Source: Candidatus Dadabacteria bacterium
GTDB taxonomy: Bacteria > Desulfobacterota_D > UBA1144 > Nemesobacterales > CSP1-2
Assembly (NCBI GenBank): GCA_963805855.1
Contig: CAWDVW010000002.1
Span: forward strand, 448,001-512,000
DNA length: 64,000 nt
Reading direction: 5' to 3'
Shown here: positions 59,248 through 64,000 of the stretch, one piece after another
Layout of the letters: each line of letters starts with the position of its first letter
Position numbering within the stretch: position 1 is the stretch's first letter
Translations under genes and position numbers: made by a program
The notes under the pieces: generated by a model
Seen by the model: the letters and a program-made list of their open reading frames with translations, nothing else
Told to the model about the DNA's origin: nothing
The model's database searches: none

Positions 59248-60030
59248 TTAATTGCACTCAGAGAGCAGCTTTCGGAGCTCTTCACCAGGCTCAGGAGCCC
59301 TCATAAATGTCTCTCCGACAAGTAAAACATTTATACCCGCGGCCTTCAGTCTTTTTATATCATCACTAGAACTAATTCCACTTTCGCTGACGATGATTTT
59401 TTCCCTTGGGATTAGCTTGCAAAGTCTTATAGATGTCTCAAGACTCACGTCGAAAGTCTTCAGGTCCCTATTGTTTACCCCAATTATTTTGCCGTCCGCT
59501 TCAATTGCTTTATCCAGTTCCCGTTCGTCATGTATTTCGACGATCGCATCCATATCCAACGAATGTGCGAGTTCCAGGAGTTCTCTTAGGATTGTGGAAT
59601 CGAGGGCCGCTACAATAAGAAGGATAGCATCGGCTCCATATAATCTTGATTCATACACCTGGTAGGGATCGATGATAAAATCCTTTCGCAAAAGGGGCAA
59701 TACTACAGCAGATCTGACATCGCTCAGGTGATCTAAGCTCCCCTTAAAAAATCTAGGATCCGTAAGGACTGATATCGCACTGGCTCCCCCTCTGGCATAG
59801 CTTTTAGAGATTTCAACAGGATCAAAATCCGGCCGTAATACCCCCTTCGAAGGAGAAGCGCACTTAATTTCAGCTATAACCTTCGTACTCCCATCAGGAC
59901 TTATGCTTTCATAGAAGCTCTTTGTATTGTCAAGATTTTGCAACTCACTTTTCAAGAAATCGAGTGGTTTGGATTTCTTTGTCCTCTCAACCTCGGATTT
60001 CTTGTTATCGATGATCTTATTAAGAATCAT
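59248..60030 (-). CDS. trpC: Indole-3-glycerol phosphate synthase
   Basis: IAEIKCASPSKG, SVLTD, LRKDF, GADAILLI, GVNNRDL, SESGI, LVGE. Confidence 0.97.
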   Translation of the reverse strand: MILNKIIDNKKSEVERTKKSKPLDFLKSELQNLDNTKSFYESISPDGSTKVIAEIKCASPSKGVLRPDFDPVEISKSYARGGASAISVLTDPRFFKGSLDHLSDVRSAVVLPLLRKDFIIDPYQVYESRLYGADAILLIVAALDSTILRELLELAHSLDMDAIVEIHDERELDKAIEADGKIIGVNNRDLKTFDVSLETSIRLCKLIPREKIIVSESGISSSDDIKRLKAAGINVLLVGETFMRAPEPGEELRKLLSECN

Positions 60031-60061
60031 TTCGGAGAGAATATCCGGAATTTGCCGCTAT

Positions 60062-61087
60062 TTAATTATCTTTCCAAGAAACTGTAAATTTGGTCAGGCT
60101 ATTCAGTTTGTTCAGTGCGCTGCCCGTGTCAATCGACTCTTCGGCCAAGGCAACCCCCTCTTTCATATCCGATGCTTTTCCCGCTACCACCAGAGCCGCT
60201 GCTGCATTCAAAACTGATATATCCCTTTTTGCTTCTCTCTCCTCGCCTTTGAGGACTGAAAGCAAAGTCTTCGCATTTTCGACTGTATTCCCACCCCTGA
60301 GCTCTTCCAGTTTCCTCCTTTTAAAACCCAGATCCGCGGGATCAAATTGATATGATTTAACCATTCCATCCTTTAACTCAGCTATGTCCGTCTTTCCGGT
60401 AACGGTAATCTCATCGAGTGAGTCGGAACCGTGAACAACCATTGATCTGACGCATCCCAAGTTCCGAAGCACCTTAGCCATAGGCTTTAGTAAAACGCCC
60501 GAATATATCCCCATAACCTGATGTTTAACACCGGCAGGATTCGTAATTGGACCCAATAAGTTAAAAATTGATCGGATGCCTATCTCCTTCCTCGGCTGCG
60601 AGACAAATCTCATCGCCGGATGATAAATTGGAGCGAAAAGAAAGACAATCCCCACTTCATTCAGGCAGTTTTCAGCTCCCGCCGGCGAAATATTTATATT
60701 GACACCCAACTCTTCTAACACATCGGCGCTACCCGACTGACTGGATACTGAGCGATTCCCATGTTTTGCAACTGGAACCCCAGCCCCCGCAGTGATTAAT
60801 GACGCAACTGTTGAAACATTAAAAGTCATTTGCTGATCGCCCCCGGTGCCACAAAGATCCACAACAGTTTTGTGCCTCGATATAATCCTCTTTGATTTGT
60901 TGATCATTACCTTGGCCGCACCGGTAATCTCTGGTATGGATTCACCTTTCATCCTCAATCCGACAAGCAGTGCAGAAATCTGGCTCGGAGTTGCTATCCC
61001 TTCCATCATCTTCTCCACCACCTCAGACATCTCATCCTCTTCAAGGTCAATTCTCTCAACAACTTTATAAATCGTCTCCTTCAGCAT
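60062..61087 (-). CDS. trpD: Anthranilate phosphoribosyltransferase
   Basis: DLCGTGGD, FNVST, KHGNRSVSS.SGSAD, FNLLGP, LDEI. Confidence 0.97.
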   Translation of the reverse strand: MLKETIYKVVERIDLEEDEMSEVVEKMMEGIATPSQISALLVGLRMKGESIPEITGAAKVMINKSKRIISRHKTVVDLCGTGGDQQMTFNVSTVASLITAGAGVPVAKHGNRSVSSQSGSADVLEELGVNINISPAGAENCLNEVGIVFLFAPIYHPAMRFVSQPRKEIGIRSIFNLLGPITNPAGVKHQVMGIYSGVLLKPMAKVLRNLGCVRSMVVHGSDSLDEITVTGKTDIAELKDGMVKSYQFDPADLGFKRRKLEELRGGNTVENAKTLLSVLKGEEREAKRDISVLNAAAALVVAGKASDMKEGVALAEESIDTGSALNKLNSLTKFTVSWKDN

Positions 61088-61088
61088 T

Positions 61089-61529
61089 TCAGAGCTCCTG
61101 TCTTTCTAGTGCTATCCTAATTCTATCCAGAATTCCGTTTATGAATGACCCAGACTCTTCGGTCCCAAATTTCTTTGCCAGTTCCACGGCCTCGTTTATG
61201 GTAACAGGGGGTGGTATATTCCTCAAGTATGCCAGCTCGTAAGTCGCCATGCGTAGAATATTCCGGTCGATGGTTGGCATTCGCGATAGTCGCCAATTCT
61301 TTGAATACTTACTTATTATCTGATCAATCCCTTCCATATTTTCACATGAGCCCGTTATAAGAACAGTCGCGAACTCTTTTACATCTTCATTGATTGAAGC
61401 ATCTTTCGCCGACCAGAATAGATTGATCTGTTGTTTTATATCTGAGTCTTCTAGGCAGGTTTCTCTTTGGGAGTCATACTGGTAAAGAAATTGAAGTGCA
61501 ATTTCTCGAGCTCTTCTCCTTTTACCCAT
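61089..61529 (-). CDS. nusB: Transcription antitermination factor NusB
   Basis: RRRAREIALQFLYQ, IDRNILR, INEAVELAK, FINGILD. Confidence 0.96.
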   Translation of the reverse strand: MGKRRRAREIALQFLYQYDSQRETCLEDSDIKQQINLFWSAKDASINEDVKEFATVLITGSCENMEGIDQIISKYSKNWRLSRMPTIDRNILRMATYELAYLRNIPPPVTINEAVELAKKFGTEESGSFINGILDRIRIALERQEL

Positions 61530-61541
61530 GTCGGCGGGATA

Positions 61542-62018
61542 CTATTTCTTCCTTGGAAGAACCTTCTTAAGATTTGCCATCTCTATGGCGCTAAGGGCAG
61601 CCTCTCCACCTCGGTTTCCAGACTTAGTCCCCCCCCGCTCAATAGCTTGTTCTAGGGTTTCTGTGGTTAATACACCAGAAACAATTGGGATGCTATATTC
61701 CAAACTCAGTGAGGCAAGATTATTGATGACCGTCGAGGATAAATAGTCGAAATGAGGGGTTTCTCCCCTTATTATTACCCCTATAGCAATTATTGCATCG
61801 TAAATTGAAGAGCTAGCAGCTACCTTCACAGCAAAGGGAATCTCGAATGAACCTGGAACCTTAATAATATCAATGTCTGACTCCGAAGCGTTATGCCGCT
61901 GGAGCACATCCAATGCCCCATAAACCATGTGATTTGTAATGAAGTCATTGAATCGGCTCGCAACAATGGCAAATTTAAGCCCTTTTGCGTTGAGTTTTCC
62001 TTCATAAATTTGAGGCAT
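61542..62018 (-). CDS. ribH: 6,7-dimethyl-8-ribityllumazine synthase
   Basis: SRFN, VPGSFEIP, GVIIRGETPHFD, QAIERGG. Confidence 0.97.
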   Translation of the reverse strand: MPQIYEGKLNAKGLKFAIVASRFNDFITNHMVYGALDVLQRHNASESDIDIIKVPGSFEIPFAVKVAASSSIYDAIIAIGVIIRGETPHFDYLSSTVINNLASLSLEYSIPIVSGVLTTETLEQAIERGGTKSGNRGGEAALSAIEMANLKKVLPRKK

Positions 62019-62030
62019 GCGTTTTCCTTC

Positions 62031-63239
62031 TCAGTCTACCATAGATAAAAGGTGTCCGAGTTTGTCCTTTTTTACCTTGAGATAATTAGAGTTTCTTTCA
62101 TTAGGGGGGATCTCGATGGGCACCCTTTCAACAATCTGAAGACCAAAGCCCTCTAGTCCCTTTATCTTTTTCGGGTTGTTAGTCAAGAGCCTCATATTTC
62201 TCACGCCAAGATCATTCAGGATTTGTGCGCCTATGCCGTAATCCCTCAGGTCAGGTTTAAATCCCAAAACTTCATTAGCCTCTACTGTATCAAAGCCATT
62301 ATCCTGAAGCGCGTACGCCTTTATCTTGTTGATCAGGCCAATCCCCCTTCCCTCCTGACGCATATATAGAATGACACCCATTCCCTCCTCTTCGATTATA
62401 CGCATCGCCTGACGAATTTGCGGACCACAATCACACCTCAGTGAGCCAAAAACATCACTCGTAAGACACTCGGAATGCACCCTCACGAGTATATCCCTAT
62501 TCGAATCGATTTCACCCTTTACGAATGCAACATGATGCTGAGGATCTATTTCATTTTCGTAGACTATCGTATTGAACTCCCCAAAAGAGGTCGGGACAAT
62601 AGCCGATGCTGCCCTGCTCACCAGGCATTCAGCCCGGAGTCTATAACTGATAAGCTCTGCGATTGTTACCATCTTGATACCATGCTTTTCAGCAAATGTT
62701 TCCAGATCAGGCAATCGCGCCATGTCACCATCATCCTTCATGATCTCGCAAATCACAGATGCGGGTTTCAATCCCGTAAGTCTAGCGAGATCAACTGAAC
62801 CCTCGGTATGTCCTGCCCTGACCAAAACACCTCCCCGCCTGGAAATAAGTGGAAAAACATGCCCGGGCCTTACAAAATCCTCTGGCTTTGCGTGGTCTGA
62901 GATTGCTAATTGAATAGTTGACGACCTGTCGTATGCGGATATGCCCGTTGTAATATCCTTCCTTGCATCGATTGGAATGGTAAACGCAGTGTACTGAGGA
63001 ACGGAACTATTTTCGGGTTTAATCGGCTGGAGGCTCAAAGAATCTGCTTTTTCCTGGGTAATCGCCAAGCATACCAGCCCCCTTCCGTGTTTTGCCATGA
63101 AATTTATTACCTCGGGCGTGGCAAACTCGGCAGCGATCACGAGGTCACCCTCATTTTCCCTGTCCTCATCATCCACGAGGATGACCATTTTCTTGTTTCT
63201 TATGTCTTCAATAACTTCTTCAATCGAAGAAATTGCCAT
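62031..63239 (-). CDS. ribBA: Bifunctional DHBP synthase / GTP cyclohydrolase II
   Basis: DDEDRENEGD, RPGHVFPL, GHTE, RVHSECLT..RCDCG, QEGRGIG, TNNP. Confidence 0.98.
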   Translation of the reverse strand: MAISSIEEVIEDIRNKKMVILVDDEDRENEGDLVIAAEFATPEVINFMAKHGRGLVCLAITQEKADSLSLQPIKPENSSVPQYTAFTIPIDARKDITTGISAYDRSSTIQLAISDHAKPEDFVRPGHVFPLISRRGGVLVRAGHTEGSVDLARLTGLKPASVICEIMKDDGDMARLPDLETFAEKHGIKMVTIAELISYRLRAECLVSRAASAIVPTSFGEFNTIVYENEIDPQHHVAFVKGEIDSNRDILVRVHSECLTSDVFGSLRCDCGPQIRQAMRIIEEEGMGVILYMRQEGRGIGLINKIKAYALQDNGFDTVEANEVLGFKPDLRDYGIGAQILNDLGVRNMRLLTNNPKKIKGLEGFGLQIVERVPIEIPPNERNSNYLKVKKDKLGHLLSMVD

Positions 63240-63465
63240 ATCACTGCCTTCTCATCTCTTGAAAAAAAAAGAAAAACACCTAAATTAGTAGTCTAAAATA
63301 ATAAGCTAATAAGGAATTTTGTCAACTAAATCATCCAACACGAAAGATACCTATCTTTAACACTATAATGCGATAATCAGGGTTCTTTAATACCATTGCG
63401 CACGTAATAGAACCGCCTAGTTGCATTTTACTTAAATGGATACTAGGGGCCCCTGCGCACGATAA

Positions 63466-64000
63466 TCAATTTATTAACCTAAATTCTGTCACAAGCTGCT
63501 CGAATGTCTCGTTGTAGAAAATCCCGCCGTCAGAGAAAACAATGAAAGCCCCGACCATGCTGTGGTTCTCCAGAAAATTAATGGCCCTTTTCCTGCCCAT
63601 AGCAAACAGAGCGGTCGAATATGCATCGGTAAGGGCACTATTACCTTCCATAACCAAGGTTATACTTTGAAAGTCAGTCCCGGATGAACCGACTTCTGGA
63701 ACAAGGATGTGGTGATAACCCTTTCCACCCACCTTCACCTTTCTTTCATAATCACCGCTTGTTGAGACTGATAGATCCTTTCCTCCGTTTGTAAAGGAGG
63801 CTATAAATCCCTCCCTCCTAGGATGTTTAACATATATAATCTGATCATCTCCGAATACCCTTAAGTCACCTGAGATAGATACAGAGCCCTTCGTAATGCC
63901 CCGCTTCTTAAGCAGGTCTACAGCCTTATCGACCGCAAACCCTTTTCCAATTCCACCCAGGTCGAGCATCATTCCTTCCTTTTCAAGAAAAGCCTCATTA
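63466..64000 (-). CDS. apbE: FAD:protein FMN transferase ApbE (5' end outside the window)
   Basis: DLGGIGKG, SGD, STSGDYER, YHHIL, DAYSTALF; frame open to the window edge. Confidence 0.9.
   Translation of the reverse strand, partial: NEAFLEKEGMMLDLGGIGKGFAVDKAVDLLKKRGITKGSVSISGDLRVFGDDQIIYVKHPRREGFIASFTNGGKDLSVSTSGDYERKVKVGGKGYHHILVPEVGSSGTDFQSITLVMEGNSALTDAYSTALFAMGRKRAINFLENHSMVGAFIVFSDGGIFYNETFEQLVTEFRLIN

Noticed and set aside
63240-63465. FMN riboswitch upstream of ribBA
   Set aside because: No RFN consensus elements; only a short TGCGCACG direct repeat

Overview
AT-rich (about 40% GC) bacterial chromosomal window from a diderm organism. The gene set looks deltaproteobacteria-like (e.g. 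Desulfobacterota/Dadabacteria type), but that is inference only. Most genes are housekeeping: priA, lsrF plus a Zn-dehydrogenase, bioB-bioA-bioF, thiC, tsaD, carA, gatB, mltD, tamAB, alaC-like, two rlpA, panBCD, mtnA, prmA, two dksA, bamD, obgE, ribBA-ribH-nusB-trpD-trpC and a partial apbE. I recognised no rRNA, tRNA, CRISPR array, phage gene or transposase. Items missed or truncated by the ORF track: an mtnN pseudogene with two in-frame stops, an intact Nudix frame lacking a canonical start, a MetS-like 46-aa peptide, and a probable ATT start for bioB. Most notable candidates: (1) an unassigned, highly base-paired ~360-nt RNA-like segment at 5070-5435; (2) a secreted 10-Cys prepropeptide with its own promoter; (3) a BioB with an apparent Ser43->Arg / Arg260->Met swap at the auxiliary Fe-S site; (4) tandem Ogg2 glycosylases, one lacking the catalytic Lys; (5) switch-like leaders before thiC (no TPP riboswitch) and panB (pan-motif hairpin plus terminator); (6) a cytidylyltransferase / CDP-alcohol phosphotransferase / 2OG-hydroxylase operon; (7) several nested families of short intergenic repeats, including a 349-bp MITE and a 24-25-bp module inserted into other palindromes.
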